Counted from the first letter of the stretch, positions 1 to 13,070 are shown. The stretch is 64,000 nucleotides of DNA from Mustelus asterias (GCF_964213995.1 NC_135830.1:5394001-5458000), one strand, 5' to 3'. Translations and numbers: made by a program. The notes: generated from the letters alone by a model not told the origin.

Positions 1-1060
1 GGTGTTTTTCCGGTTGGAGGAAGGTAACTAGTGGCGTGCCGCAGGGATCGGTACTCGGGCCGCAACTGTTTACCATTTATATAGATGATCTGGAGGAGGG
101 GACGGAGTGTAGGGTAACGAAGTTTGCAGACGACACAAAGATAAGTGGAAAAGTGAATCGTGTGGAGGACGGAGAAGATCTGCAGAGAGATTTGGACAGG
201 CTGAGTGAGTGGGCGAGGATATGGCAAATGGAGTATAACGTTGAGAAATGCGAGGTTATACACTTTGGAGGAAATAATAACAAATGGGATTACTATCTCA
301 ATGGAAACAAATTAAAACATGCTACCGTGCAAAGGGACCTGGGGGTCCTTGTGCATGAGACGCAAAAGCCCAGTCTGCAGGTACAACAGGTGATCAAGAA
401 GGCAAATGGGACGTTGGCCTATATTGCGAAGGGGATAGAATATAAAAGCAGGGATGTCTTGATGCACCTGTACAGGGCATTGGTGAGGCCGCAGCTGGAA
501 TACTGTGTGCAGTATTGGTCCCCTTATATGAGGAAGGATATATTGGCATTGGAGGGAGTGCAGAGAAGGTTCACCAGGTTGATACCGGAGATGAGGGGTT
601 TGGATTATGAGGAGAGGCTGAGGAGATTGGGTTTGTACTCGTTGGAGTTTAGAAGGATGAGGGGGGATCTTATGGAGACTTATAAGATAATGCGGGGGCT
701 GGATAGGGTGGAGGCGGAGAGATTCTTTCCACTTAGTAAGGAAGTTAAAACTAGAGGACACAGCCTCAAAATAAAGGGGGGTCGATTTAAGACAGAGTTG
801 AGGAGGAACTTCTTCTCCCAGAGGGTGGTGAATCTCTGGAATTCTCTGCCCACTGAGGTGGTGGAGGCTACCTCGCTGAATATGTTTAAAGCGCGGATGG
901 ATGGATTCCTGATCGGTAAGGGAATTAAGGGTTATGGGGATCAGGCGGGTAAGTGGTACTGATCCACGTCAGATCAGCCATGATCTTATTGAATGGCGGG
1001 GCAGGCTCGAGGGGCTAGATGGCCTACTCCTGCTCCTATTTCTGATGTTCTTATGTTCTT
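1..1060 (+). mobile_element. CR1-type LINE 3' portion (RT C-terminal half, 3' UTR, TTCTTATG-type tail)
   Basis: ORF 36..962 has [14 protein letters not shown] and LEYCVQYWSP motifs and ends in a ttcttatgttctt tail. Confidence 0.9.
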
Positions 1061-1250
1061 AGTAGTAGAGGTGGGTACAATTTTATCTTTTAAAAAGCAT
1101 TTAGATAGTTACATGGGTACGATGGGTAGAGAGGGATAGGTGCCAAATGCGGGCAATTGGGATTAGCTTTGAGGTTTAACAAAAAAGGGCGGCATGGACA
1201 AGTTGGGCCGAAGGGCCTGTTTCCATGCTGTAAACCTCTATGACTCTGAC
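1061..1250 (+). mobile_element. CR1-type LINE 3' end fragment (second subfamily)
   Basis: gggccgaagggcctgtttccatgctgta...ctatgactct tail; the same tail recurs at about 25595-25668. Confidence 0.7.
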
Positions 1251-3639
1251 TCAGCAGGTGGGACGAATGAATGACTCCCTTCCCATAGTCAGAGGGAGTG
1301 AACATTCTCTTCTCAGTTTCAATGCACTGGTGTATAATGAGATGAGATTCCCTAAACTCAGACCAAAATGGCAACACTTGAATCATCTCTAGTCAGTGTG
1401 GATTTGTTGATGGGACAGCAGTTCCCCAGAACTTTTGTTGCACTTCCCGCAGTTCAGTCTCGTCAGTGTGAACTTGCTGGTGCATCAGCAGATGGGATGA
1501 ATTAGTGAATCCCTTCCCACTCTCCGTGCAAGTGAATGGCCTCACCCCAGTGTGAACGTGTTGGTGCCTCAGCAAGTTGGATGAATTAATGAATCTCTTC
1601 CCACACTCAGGGCAGGTGAATGGTCTCTTCCCAGTGTAAATCAGCTGGTATGTCAGCAGAGTGGACATCTGAGCAAATCCCTTCCCACACTCTTTTCAGG
1701 TGAACGGCCTCTCCCCAGTGTGAATCCACTGGTGTACAGTGAGGTCAGATGATTGTGTGAACCCAGTCCCACAATGAGAGCACCTGAATGGTCTCATGTC
1801 ATTGTGAACATGTTGATGACGTATCAGTTCCCCAGAATTTTTGTAGCACTTCGCACAGTCCATGCATTTGAAAGGTCTCTCCGCAGTGTGAACTAGTTGG
1901 TGTCTCAATAGATGTGATGAATTAGTGAATCCCTTCCCACACTCGGTGCAGGTAAATGGTCTCTCCCCAGTGTGAACGCACTGATGAGTTTCCAGCATAA
2001 CTGAGTAACTGAATCCCTTCCCACAGTCCTTACATTTCCACAGCTTCTCCATGGTGTGGGTGTCTTTGTCTCTCTCCAGGTTCTACAGTCAGATGAAGCC
2101 TCGTCCACACACACAACACACGTACGGTTTCTCCCCACTGTGAATGGTACTTTCTCCTTCCATGTTTACAACACAATGATTTCAGGTTTTGATAAATTGG
2201 GCGACTCCATCAGATTCTGATGTGATGTTTACTAAGAACAAAGAACATTACAGCACAGGAACAGGCCCTTCGGCCCTCCAAGCCTGCACCAACCATGCTG
2301 CCTGACTTAACTAAAACCCCTACCCTTCCGGGGACCATATCCCTCTATTCCAATCCTATTCATGTACTTGTCAAGACGCCCCTTAAAAGTCACTGCCGTA
2401 TCCGCTTCCACTACCTCCCCCGGCAACGAGTTCCAGGCACCCATCACTCTCTGGAAAAAATCTGCCTCGTACATCTCCTTTAAACATTGCCCCTCACACC
2501 TTAAACCTATGCCCCCTAGTAATTGACTCTTCCACCCTGGGAAAAAGCTTCTGACTATCCACTCTGTCCATGCCTCTCATAATCTTGTAGACTTCTATCA
2601 GGTCTCCCCTCAACCTCCATCGCTCCATTGAGAACAAACCAAGTTTCTTCAACCTCTCCTTATAACTAATGCCCTCTATACCAGGCAACATCATGGTAAA
2701 TTTTTTCTGCACCCTCTCCAAAGCCTACACATCCTTCTGGTCGTGTGGAGACCAGAATTGAACACTATATTCCAAGTGCGGCCTAACTAAGGTTCCATAA
2801 AGCTGCAACCTGACTTGCCAATTTTTAAACTCACTACCCTGGCCGATGAAGGCAAACATGCCATATGCCTTCTTGACTACCTTCTCCACCTGCATTGCCA
2901 CTTTCAGTGACCTGTACACCCAGATCCCTTTGCCTATCAAAACTCTAAAGGGTTCTGCCATTTACTGTATATTTCCTATCTGTATTAGACCTTCCAAAAT
3001 GCATTACCTCACATTTGTCCGGATTAAACTCCATCTGCCATCTCTCTGCCTAAGCCTCCAAATGATCTATATCCTGCTGTATCCTCTGATTGTCCTCATC
3101 GCTATCTGCAAATCCACCAACCTTTGTGTTGTCCGCAAACTTACCAATCAATCCAGTTACATTTTCCTCCAAATCATTTATATACATTACAAATAGCAAA
3201 GGTCCCAGCACTGATCCCTGAGGAACACCACTTGTCACAGCCCTCCATCCAGAAATGCACCCTTCTATTGCTACCCTCTGTCTTCTTTGACCGAGCCAGT
3301 TTTGTATCCACCTTGCCAGCTCACCTCTGATCCCATGCGACTTCACCTTCTACACCAGTCTGCCATGAGGGTCCTTGTCCAAGGCCTTTCTGAAGTCCAT
3401 GTAGACAACATCCACTGCCCTATCCTCATCAATCATCTTCATCACTTCCTCGAAAAACTCAATCACGTTTGTGAGACACGACCTCCCCGTCACAAAACCA
3501 TGTTGCCTCTCACTAATACGTCCACTTATTTCCAAGTGGGAATAAAGCCTGTCCCGAAGAATCCTCTCCGATAATTTCCCTACCACTGATGTAACTTTAG
3601 GTTGAGTTTTCCAACTGCAAATCCTTCCTTCCAATTGCC
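1250..3639 (-). pseudogene. C2H2 zinc-finger unit A (KRAB-less), frameshifted and split by a LINE at 2233-3597
   Basis: ORFs 1696..2052 and 1393..1668 carry CxxC..HxxxH fingers and TGERP linkers in different frames. Acceptor tttcacag at 3640-3641. The exon 5' end is paralogous to unit C. Confidence 0.85.
2233..3597 (-). mobile_element. CR1-type LINE fragment, degraded
   Basis: Broken RT ORFs 3350..3634, 3050..3346, 2725..2961 and 2494..2721; tail near 2235. Confidence 0.9.
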
Positions 3640-3658
3640 CTGTGAAATTATTTCAAAA

Positions 3659-3842
3659 AGTAAGAAGTTTAACAAACACCAGGTTAAAGTCCAACAGGTT
3701 TATTTGGTAGCAAATGCCACGAGCTTTCGGAACAGGCTGTCCCTTCGTCAGGTGGAGTGGAGAAATGCTCACAAACAGGGCATACAGAGACACAAACTCA
3801 ATTTACAGAATAATGATTGGAATGCAGTCTTATTATTATTAT
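3659..3842 (-). mobile_element. Penelope-like terminal fragment with hammerhead motif and 14-bp TSD
   Basis: Direct repeat aaattatttcaaaa at 3645-3658 and 3843-3856. The body matches copies at 14083/15327, 19396, 19632, 28304 and 34840. Confidence 0.7.
3717..3755 (-). ncRNA. Minimal type-I hammerhead ribozyme motif
   Basis: CCAC-CUGACGA-A-GGGAC agccu GUUCC-GAAA-GC-UC-GUGG: conserved core, helix I, helix II and palindromic AGCU in place of helix III. Confidence 0.7.
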
Positions 3843-4244
3843 AAATTATTTCAAAACAGAGAAAAGGAAAGGAGACAAGCCGCAAAAGCAGAAATTGAGC
3901 TGAACAAATTTGCTCATTTGTGGGGCAGGCGCTAGAAAAATGTGACCATGAAAACTGACGTTGTTGTGAAAAATTCAACTGGTTCACTGGTAGGGGAACC
4001 TACCACCTTTTCTGGACTGACACCAGAAGGGAGGGAAGGGAGAGGGTGAGAACTGGAGCAGCATGGGGTGACGGGAGGGAATTTTATTTACTTACAAATC
4101 AATCAACCACCAACCTCCACCACCGAGGAGGACCAGGGTAGTAGGTGTCTGTGAACATCATCCCTCCAAAATTCCCTTCAAGTCACACATCACCCTGACT
4201 TATCTGACATCTTGTACTGGATGAACAAGAAATTCCCTCCATTT

Positions 4245-5270
4245 AGAGTCATAGAGTTCTACAGCGCAGAAAGAGGCCCTTTGGCCCATCATGTCTGTGC
4301 CGGCCAGCAAGCACCTATCTATTCTAATCCCATTTTCCAATAATTGGTTCATAACCTTGAATGCTATGGTGTTTCACCTGCTCATCTAAATGCTTCTTAT
4401 ATAATGTGAGGATTCTTGCCTCTTCCACCCTTTCAGGCAGTGAGTTCCAGATTCCCACCACTCTCTGAGTGAAAGGTTTTTCCTCCACTCCACTCTAAAC
4501 CTCCTGGCCCTTAACTTAAATCTATCTCCCTGGTTATTGACCCCTCTACTAAGGGGAAAAGTTCCTTCCAATTTACCTGATCTATGTTCCTCATAATCTT
4601 GTACACCTCAGTCAGGTCACCCCTCAGCCTTCTCTGCTCTAAGGAAAACAACCTCAGCTTAACCAGTCTCTCTTCATAGCTGAAATGGTCCAGCCCAGGC
4701 AACATCCTGGTGAATCTCCTCTGCTCCCTTTCTGATGCAATCACATCCTTCCTATAGTGTTCCAAACAGAACTGCGCACAGGACCCGAGTTGTGACTTAA
4801 CAAGTGTTTTATGCAGCTCCATCATAACCACCTGTCCTGCTGGCTTCAGGGATAATTGGGAATGCTCCGCAATGTCCCTCTGGTCCTCTGTATTCCCTGG
4901 CCTTGTCCTCCTCCCACAATTCATCACTTCATACTTTTCAGGGTTAAGTTCCATTTGCCACTGTTCTGCCCGTCTGACCAGCCTGTCTGTATCACCCTGT
5001 AATATAAGGTTGTCCTCCTCGCTATTTACCACACCAGCAATCACAATCTGTTCAATTCTATCACACACCCGTCCCTGCTTTCTGTACCTACATTGTCCTT
5101 CCACACAGTGAACACAGATGCAAAATACTAATTTAATACCTCACATACATCTTCCGGCTCCACACCCAGGTTGCTGAATGGACAATTGATTCCTAAACTA
5201 CTTCCTCTTTCCCTGATTACCCTCTTGCCCTTAAAATATTTAGAAAGCATCTTGTGATTTCCTTCCTTCT
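4245..5270 (-). mobile_element. Old CR1-type LINE fragment
   Basis: ORF 4511..5104 resembles the RT C-terminus with many lesions. Confidence 0.8.
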
Positions 5271-5369
5271 CTGCCACCGCTCTGCCTCATCAATAAGACA
5301 TTGAGACTCAGAGGGTTGATGCCGTTTGATGGACAAGTTGTCTCCATTCTGAACAATGGGGAACAAGCC

Positions 5370-5960
5370 CCGCCCACTCAATGACAATATTGCCCCTTAC
5401 AAAGATGGCGATCACCCATGCGCACTGCCGCACATTGCCCCCAATAAAGATGGAGGCCGTTAACGCTCCGGCCGATCTCGGGGATTTTTGACCCGCTCGA
5501 TGCAAATGCGGTAACCGGAAAATTTTGGGGGGACTTTACAGATCGCACAACCTGTTTATGAAGCCTTCCAGTCCACTCGCCGGTTCCATCGTACCCACCG
5601 ATCCGCGATTTTACGCTGAGAAATTACGGATCCTGGGTAATAAGCATTCCCCGTCGCCATTACCCGCAACGCGCATGCTTCAGTCGGAGCCCCTCTTTCA
5701 CGCTGATTGGTTGGAGGACCAGCTGCTTCCGGCGGCCCTCCAGGCCCGCCCCCCTCCTCCTATTGGTCCGGAGCTGCTGTCAATCACCCTCCCCAGGGCA
5801 TTGCGATCCGGCACATGCGCAGTCCGGTCCGGCTGATGGAGGTTGAACACGCGGTCTGAATGTGGAGCATGCGCAGTTGCTTTGTTCGCCTCGGGAGCGA
5901 GAGTCCTTTGTCCCGGAGAAGCGGAGTCAGCGTTAGGCGGTGGCTGCGAGGATTTGGAAA
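5370..5960. promoter_or_regulatory. CpG-rich promoter between divergent ZNF units A and B
   Basis: CpG-dense; NRF1-like CATGCGCA near 5417, 5814 and 5868; YY1-like AAGATGGCG at 5402; two ATTGG boxes near 5705 and 5762. Confidence 0.65.
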
Positions 5961-6804
5961 CACTTTGTGGATCCGCAAACCCTTCAGAATCATTGTCAGC
6001 TCCCTGGTTTGCAGCTGCGGGGCTTCTCCCTCCCTCCCTCCCGGGAACAGGCCCAGGTTAACGGCCCCATCCTGGCTCAGCCACTGGAGGATGGTTCACA
6101 TCAGAGGATGGGGGAGGGGGACAATAAATAAGAGGTTACACTTTGGCTTCAAATCAATGAGGACTCTGATCTCTGGGAAGGAAGGAAACCCTGGGAGGTG
6201 GGCGGGGAGGATTCACAAACACCCGCTGGAGGCCCCAACACCCCCCAATAAGAAGCTGCAGCTCCCTGCAGTGACCGGGAAAGAAAATAATTGATTGATT
6301 TTATTTTGACTCTGTACAAAAGAACTGAACCCAACCAGAATAGAGGGTGGGAGAAAAGATTTGTGAAGATATTTCACACTGGGTTTGCCAGGCTGACCAA
6401 CTCTCTCAGAGAAAATAAAAGGACATCCTTCATGAGTCTGTCGGAGCAGGTGAGCAGTATTGTGTGCGGTGCTGCTGGAACTGTGTGGGTGGGCACGGGC
6501 TGGTTGGCAGCCAGAACAGTTGGAAGAGGGTGCTGCACACATCCATCTTATGGGTGAAACAGCACCCATACGCCATGCAGCCTGGCACAGTGGACTCAAA
6601 TACAGGACAATCAGATAAAATATGAGTTGGTTGGTCTCCCTAGAGTTTGGATTCCAGCACAAGGCCGAGGGAGAGGATGTGGGATGAGAATTTATTGCTT
6701 CATAAGAACAAGTGAGGAAAACATGTTCCGTAGCAACTAGAAATGTCTGTTCTGAATTTCGATCCCGTACTGACAGTGATGATGTTTGTAAACTCCTTTC
6801 ACAG

Positions 6805-7315
6805 GATATTTGAAATATACAGACATTAAATCATCCAACCTGGAGAGACACGAGGACATCTACACCATAGAGAACCCATGGGAATGTGGGGACTGTGGGA
6901 AGGAATTCAGTTCTCCATCCAGCTGGAAGCACATCAGCGCAGTCACACTGGGAAGAGTCTGTTCATCTGCACCGTGTGTGGGAAGAGTTTTAGTCGAATG
7001 TTCAACCTTCGCACTCACCAGCGACTTCACACTGGGGAGCGACCATTCACCTGCTCTGTGTGTATGAAGGGATTCAGCAGTTCATCTCACCTGCTGAAAC
7101 ACAAGCGTGCTCACACTGGGGAAAGGCCTTTCACCTGCTCTGTGTGTGGGAAGAGATTCACTAACTCATCTGATCTCCTGATACACCAGCGAATTCACAC
7201 CGGGGAGAGGCCGTTCACCTGCTCCATATGTGGGAACAGATTCACTCAGTCACAAAACCTAATGAGACACCAGCGAGCTCACAAGTCTTCCGGAGGTAGA
7301 TTCCCCAGTTACTGA
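6805..7315 (+). pseudogene. C2H2 zinc-finger unit B, frameshift in first finger
   Basis: Acceptor ctttcacag ends 6804. Finger 1 begins in frame 6810 and ends in frame 6878, then four intact fingers follow. An assembly error cannot be excluded. Confidence 0.75.
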
Positions 7316-7446
7316 ACAGTTAATCACATCCAAGACTGACCTCTGATCGTTCTGATAGCTGTGGTGTGTTTTTGCTGCTGTTAATAACCCCTATAACCAG
7401 CTGGAGTTAATTATTCAGGTATTTGTTCTTCAAGTCCAGAGAGATT

Positions 7447-8540
7447 AGAAAAATAGAAACTAGAAGCAGAAGTAGGCTATTCAGCCCTTCAAGTCTGCTC
7501 CATCATTCATTTCGATCATGGGTGATCAAATTCAATATCTTGATCCACCTTCGCCTCCATATCCCTTGATTCCTTTAGCCCCAAGAACGATATCTAATTT
7601 CTTCTTGAAATCACACAACTTTTTGGCCTTAACTACTTTCTGTGGTAGTGAATTCCACACATTCACCACCCTCTGGGTGAAGAAATTTCCACTCACCTCA
7701 GTTCTAAAAGGTTACCACTTATCCTCAAACAATGACTCTTAGTTCTGGACTTCCCCACCATTGGGAACATTCTTTCTGAATCTACCCTGTCTAACCCTGT
7801 TTAAAATTTTATAAGTTTCTGAGGTCCCCTCTCACTCTTCTAAACTCCAGTGAATATAATCCTAACCGACTTGTTAGACCTGACATCCCAGGAATTAGCC
7901 TGGTAAACCTTCGGTGTATGACCCCTATAGCAAGGACATCCTTCCTCAGATAAGGATACCAAAACTGCACACAATATTCCAGTTGTGGCCTCACCAATGC
8001 CCTGTACAATTGCAGCAAAACATTCCTATCCCTATACTCAAATCCTCTCGCTATAAAGGCCAACATACTATTTGCCTTCTTTACTGCCTGCTGTACCTGC
8101 ACGCTTACTTTCAGTGACTGATGGACAAGGACATCAAGGTCTCGCTCAGTATCCACCTCTCTCAATTTATACCCATTCAAGTAATAATATGTCTTCCTAT
8201 TATTGCTACCAAAGTGGATAACTTCACAATTATCCACATTGTACTGCATCTGCCATGCATATGCCCACACACTCAGACTGTCCAAATCACACTGAAGCAT
8301 CTCTGCATCCTCCTCACAGCTCACCCTCCCACCCCAACCTTGTATCATCTGCAAATTTGGAGAAAATTCAGTTCCCTCTTCCAAATCATTAATTTATAAT
8401 GTGAGCAGTTGGGGTCCGAGCACAGATCCCTGTGGAACCCCATTAGTCACTGGCTGCCAATCAGAAAATAACACATTTGTGCCAGCTCTTTGCTTCCCAT
8501 ATGCTAACCAGCTTTCTATCCATCTCAAGACATTACCTGC
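7447..8540 (-). mobile_element. CR1-type LINE 3' fragment
   Basis: ORF 7809..8384 is RT C-terminal-like; tail near 7450. Confidence 0.88.
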
Positions 8541-8542
8541 AC

Positions 8543-8900
8543 TGGGGAGGTAATGGCCAAGTGGTATTATGCTAGACTATCAAAACATAAACTCAGCTAA
8601 TGTTGTGGGGATGCAGGTTCGAATCCCGCCACGGCAGTTGGTGGAATTTGAATTCAATAAAAAATATCAGGAATTAAGAATCTGATGATGACCATGAAAC
8701 CACTGTTGATTGCTGGAAAAACCCATCTGGTTCACTAATGTCCTTTAAGGAAGGAAATCTGCTGTCCTTATCTGGTCTGGCCTACATGTGACTCCAGAGT
8801 CAAAGCAATGTGGTTGACTCTCAACTGCCCTCCAAGGGCAACTAGGGATGGGCAATAAATGCTGGCCCGGCCAGCAATGCCCATGTGCTGCAAATGAATT
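8543..8900 (+). mobile_element. tRNA-headed SINE, family B
   Basis: A box tggccaagtgg and B box ggttcgaatcc. The 3' end gggcaactagggatgggcaataaatgctggcc resembles LINE ends at about 48660 and 63470. Confidence 0.8.
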
Positions 8901-9226
8901 TTTAAAAATCCCATGTGACCAATTGATGTCATGGCTGATCTGAAATCTGGTTCCTTCACCTCCTGCGTGTCCACCGTTATGTCTCTCCTGCTCCCACAGT
9001 GCCCAGAGTCTTGAGAGACCCAGACTGGGTGACAGGTTCCCTTCCCTGAAGGACATTAGTAAATCAATTGTTGTTTTTTTGACAATCCAGCGATTTTCAT
9101 GGTCACTTTTTCCGAGCGCCTGCCCCACAAATTACCAGATTCATTCAGCTCAATTTCACAACCTGCCTTTGTGTTTTTGTGGGTTCGCGCTCACTCCCTT
9201 TTTTCTGTTTTAAATTAATTTCACAG

Positions 9227-10101
9227 GGTTTTAGAAGAGGAGGATATGCAGTCAGGAAACTTGTACCAAACGTCACATCAGGATCTGATGGAGTCACCCA
9301 ATTTATCAGAACTGGAAAATATTTTGAACATGGAAGGAAAAAGCACCGTTCACAGTGAGGAGAAACCGTACGTGTGTTGTGTGTGTGGACAAGATTTCAG
9401 ACGATTCGCTGTCCTGTCCAGACACAAGCGCAGTCACACTGGAGAAAAACCATGGAAATGTGGGGAGTGTGGGAAAGGATTCAATTATCCATATGAGCTG
9501 GAAATTCACCAACGCAGTCACAATGGGCAGAGGCCGTTTACCTGCTCTGTGTGTGGGAAGGGATTCACTCAGTCATACACCCTACTGATACACCAGCGAC
9601 TTCACACTGAGAAAAAGCTGGTGTGGGAAGGGATTCATTCAATCATCCCATCTCATGACACATCAGCGAATTCACACTGGGGAGAGACCCTTTAAATGTC
9701 CAGACTGTGGGAAAAGCTATAAATGTTCTGGTGAGCTGATGCTCCATCAACGTGTTCACACTGACGAGAGACCATTCAAATGCTCCCAGTGTGGAGCAGG
9801 GTTCAGGCGATCATCTCAACTCATTTCACACCGGCAAGTTCACATGGAGGAGAGACCTTTCAAATGTTCAGACTGCGGGAACTGCTATAAACGTCCCAGG
9901 GACCTGATGCTCCATCAACGTATTCACACTGATGAGAGACCATTCCGGTGCTCTAACTGTGGGACTGGATTCAGGCGATCATCTCATCTCACTGTCCATC
10001 AGCGAATTCACACTGGGGAGAGACCGTTCACCTGCTCCGTGTGTGGGAAGAGCTTCACTCAGAAATCCAACCTGCTGACACATCGACAGATTCACAAGTG
10101 A
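9227..10101 (+). pseudogene. C2H2 zinc-finger unit C, internal deletion/frameshift near 9615
   Basis: Acceptor tttcacag ends 9226. ORFs 9246..9695 (3 fingers) and 9655..10101 (5 fingers) are out of frame with each other. Confidence 0.8.
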
Positions 10102-10374
10102 ATTGAATTTGGCTGTTAGTCACACCCAGAATGTAAACATGTTCATTGCGGTCTTTTCTATTGTTGTTGTTAATAAATTCCATCGCAGTTACAGTTGCTG
10201 GTTAGTATTCTGGGTAAAACTCAGATAAACTTAAGCACACACTGGCAAATCTTTTAACATCTCAAACGCAAGTTAGTTCCTTTTGAAGGTCTCTCTCTCT
10301 CTCTCCCCTGTCTCCTCCATCCTCACCTCGTAACAACAAATGTGAAGAGCTTCTATGTCACTAAGATTGAGATA

Positions 10375-11197
10375 AATGTTCCAGACAAATGTGAGGTATT
10401 GCATTTTGGAAGGTCTAATAGAGATAGGAAATATACAGTAAATGGCAGAACCCTTAAGAGTATTGATAGGCAAAGGGATCTGGGTGTACAGGTACCCAGG
10501 TCACTGAAAGTGGCAACGCAGGTGGAGAAGGTAGGCAAGAAGGCATACGGCATGCTTGCCTTCATCGGCCGGGGCATTGAGTTTAAAAATTGGCAAGTCA
10601 TGTTACAGCTTTATAGAACCTTAGTTAGGCCGCACTTGGAATCTAGTGTTCAATTCTGGTCGCCACACTACCAGAAGGATGTGGAGGCTTTGGAGAGGGT
10701 ACAGAAAATATTTACCAGGATGTTGCCTGGTATGGAGGCCATTAGCTATGAGGAGAGGTTGGAGAAACTTGGTTTGTTCTCACTGGAGCGACGGAGGTTG
10801 AGGGGAGACCTGATAGAAGTCTCCAAGATTATGAGAGGCATGGACAGAGTGGATAGTCAGAAGCTTTTTCTCAGGGTGGAATAGTCAATTACTCAGGGGC
10901 ATAGGTTTAAGGTGCGAGAGGCAATGTTTAAAGGAGATGTACGAGGCAGATTTTTTACACAGAGAGTAGTGGGTGCCTGGAACTCGCTGCTGGGGAGGTA
11001 GTGGAAGCGGATACGGTAGTGACTTTTAAGGGGCGTCTTGACAAGTACATGAATAGGATGGGAATAGAGAGATATGGTCCCCGGAAGGGTAGGGGGTTTT
11101 AGTTAAGTCGGGCAGCATGGTCGGTGCAAGCTTGGAGGCCGAAGGGCCTGTTCCTGTGCTGTAATTTTCTTTGTTCTTTGTTTGTTCTTTGTTCTTA
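10375..11197 (+). mobile_element. CR1-type LINE 3' fragment
   Basis: ORF 10342..10884; (ttctttg)n tail at about 11166-11197. Confidence 0.9.
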
Positions 11198-11329
11198 TAA
11201 CCTGAACAGCTGTTTCTGCTGCTTTCCCCCCTGCTGCTGGACCATTGGACCAGACTATCTCTCACATTTCCCCTTGTCTGAGCCCTGAACCCATATCTTT
11301 CTACAGTTCCTCTCCCATCTTCAACCTCC

Positions 11330-12440
11330 TCAGAGCACATCTTCTTCATGAGACCCACCTTCTGCCCCCTTGATCCTATTCTCGCCAAATTGCTGATCGT
11401 CCAATTTCTCCACCTTAGCTGAGAGTTTTGAGTTTTCTCTCTTGCTTGGTTCTATTCAGCTCATCATTAAATCCACTGACATCAACCATCCTAAAAATAA
11501 CCTTTGACCCCAAAGTGATTGCAAACCACTTCCCCATCTCCAACCTCCCTTTTCCTCTCCAAGTCCTTGAACTGGGTGTGCCCCAAGAATCTGTCCTTGG
11601 CCCCTCCTATTTCCCGTCTCCAAGCTGCCACTGGTAACATCATCCAAAAGCACCGTGTTAGTTTTCACATGTACACTGACAACACCCAGCTCGACCTCAC
11701 CCCCATCCCTCGCCATTCCTCCACTTTTACTAAACTATCAAACTGCTCATCCCACATCCAGTACTGGATGAGCAGAAATTCCCTCCAGTTAAAAATTCGG
11801 AAGACCAAAACTATTGTCTTCAGTCACCATGACAAATTCTATTCAGAAACTACTGAGTCCACCCCTCTCCCTGGGAACTGTCTGAAGCTGAGCCACACTC
11901 TTCACAATCTCCGTGTCAGATTTGATCCCAAGATGAGTTTCTGACCACATATCCACACCATCACTAATACCAGATATTTCAATCTCCATAATGTCACCTG
12001 TCCCCACTCCACCCCTCATCCCTGCCTGTGACACTTTAAACTGGATGATTCCAAACCATTCCTAACCAACCTCTCACATTCACCCCACCCCAACAGTCAC
12101 ATGTAATTATTCAAAACTCCACTGCCTGCCTGCTATTCGCCCACCACATCCTGTGCTCACTGAACTACATCGGGTCCAGGTCAGGTAATGCATTGATTTT
12201 AACATTCGCATCCTTGTTTTCAAATCCCTCCATGGCCTTGTCTCTCCCAACCTCTAATCTCCAATAACACAACCTCTGAGATATCATTCTGGCCTCTTGA
12301 TTTTAATTACTCCATCAGTAATGGCTGTGTCTTGGTGTGAAGTTCTTAAATTCCCTCCCGAAACCTCTCCAGCCTCTCCCTCCTGATTAAAGATTCTCGT
12401 TAAAATCTCCCATTCCTATCAAGCTTTTGACCATCTGTTC
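11330..12440 (+). mobile_element. L2-type LINE relic
   Basis: Degenerate GVPQESVLGP, FHMYTDNTQL (YADDTQL-like) and WMSRNSLQL motifs. Confidence 0.7.
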
Positions 12441-12727
12441 ACATATCATTTAAAGTGTCATCATTCATTGTACATTAGACCACATCTATAAACCTCTTTC
12501 TCACACTTCCAATGAAGAGGAACAAATGTGGATGGATGGATCACTTTGAGAAGCTCTTTGCTGTCTGATGTGATTTACCCTCTCAAATGCCTATTTATAA
12601 ACCAAATTTCTGTGGGTTTTTTGTCACTCATTCAATTGTCCATTATTCAGGGACAGATAATCAAGATAATCCCTTCTAATCCGATCGGATGGCACGGTAG
12701 CACAGTGCCGCCCTATTCCGATCGATA

Positions 12728-13070
12728 GGGCGGCACATTAGCACAGTGGTTAGCACTGCTACTTCACAGCTCCAGGGACCTGGGTTCGATTCCCGGCTTG
12801 GGTCACTGTCTGTGTGGAGTTTGCACATTCTCCTCGTGTCCGCGTGGGTTTCCTCCGGGTGCTCCCGTTTCCTCCCACAGTCCAAAGATGTGTGGGTTAG
12901 GTTGATTGGCAATGCTAAAAAAAAAATTGCCCCTTAGTGTCCTGAGATGTGTAGGTTGGAGGGATTAGTGGGTGGATATGGGGGTAGGGCCTGGGTGGGA
13001 TTGTGGTCGGTGCAGACTCGATGGGCCGAATGGCCTCTTTCTGTACTGTAGGATTTCTATGATTTTTATG
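12728..13070 (+). mobile_element. V-SINE / HE1-like tRNA SINE, family A
   Basis: A and B boxes, V-domain gtgtggagtttgcac...tcctcccacag and CR1-like tail gatgggccgaatggcct. Confidence 0.88.
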
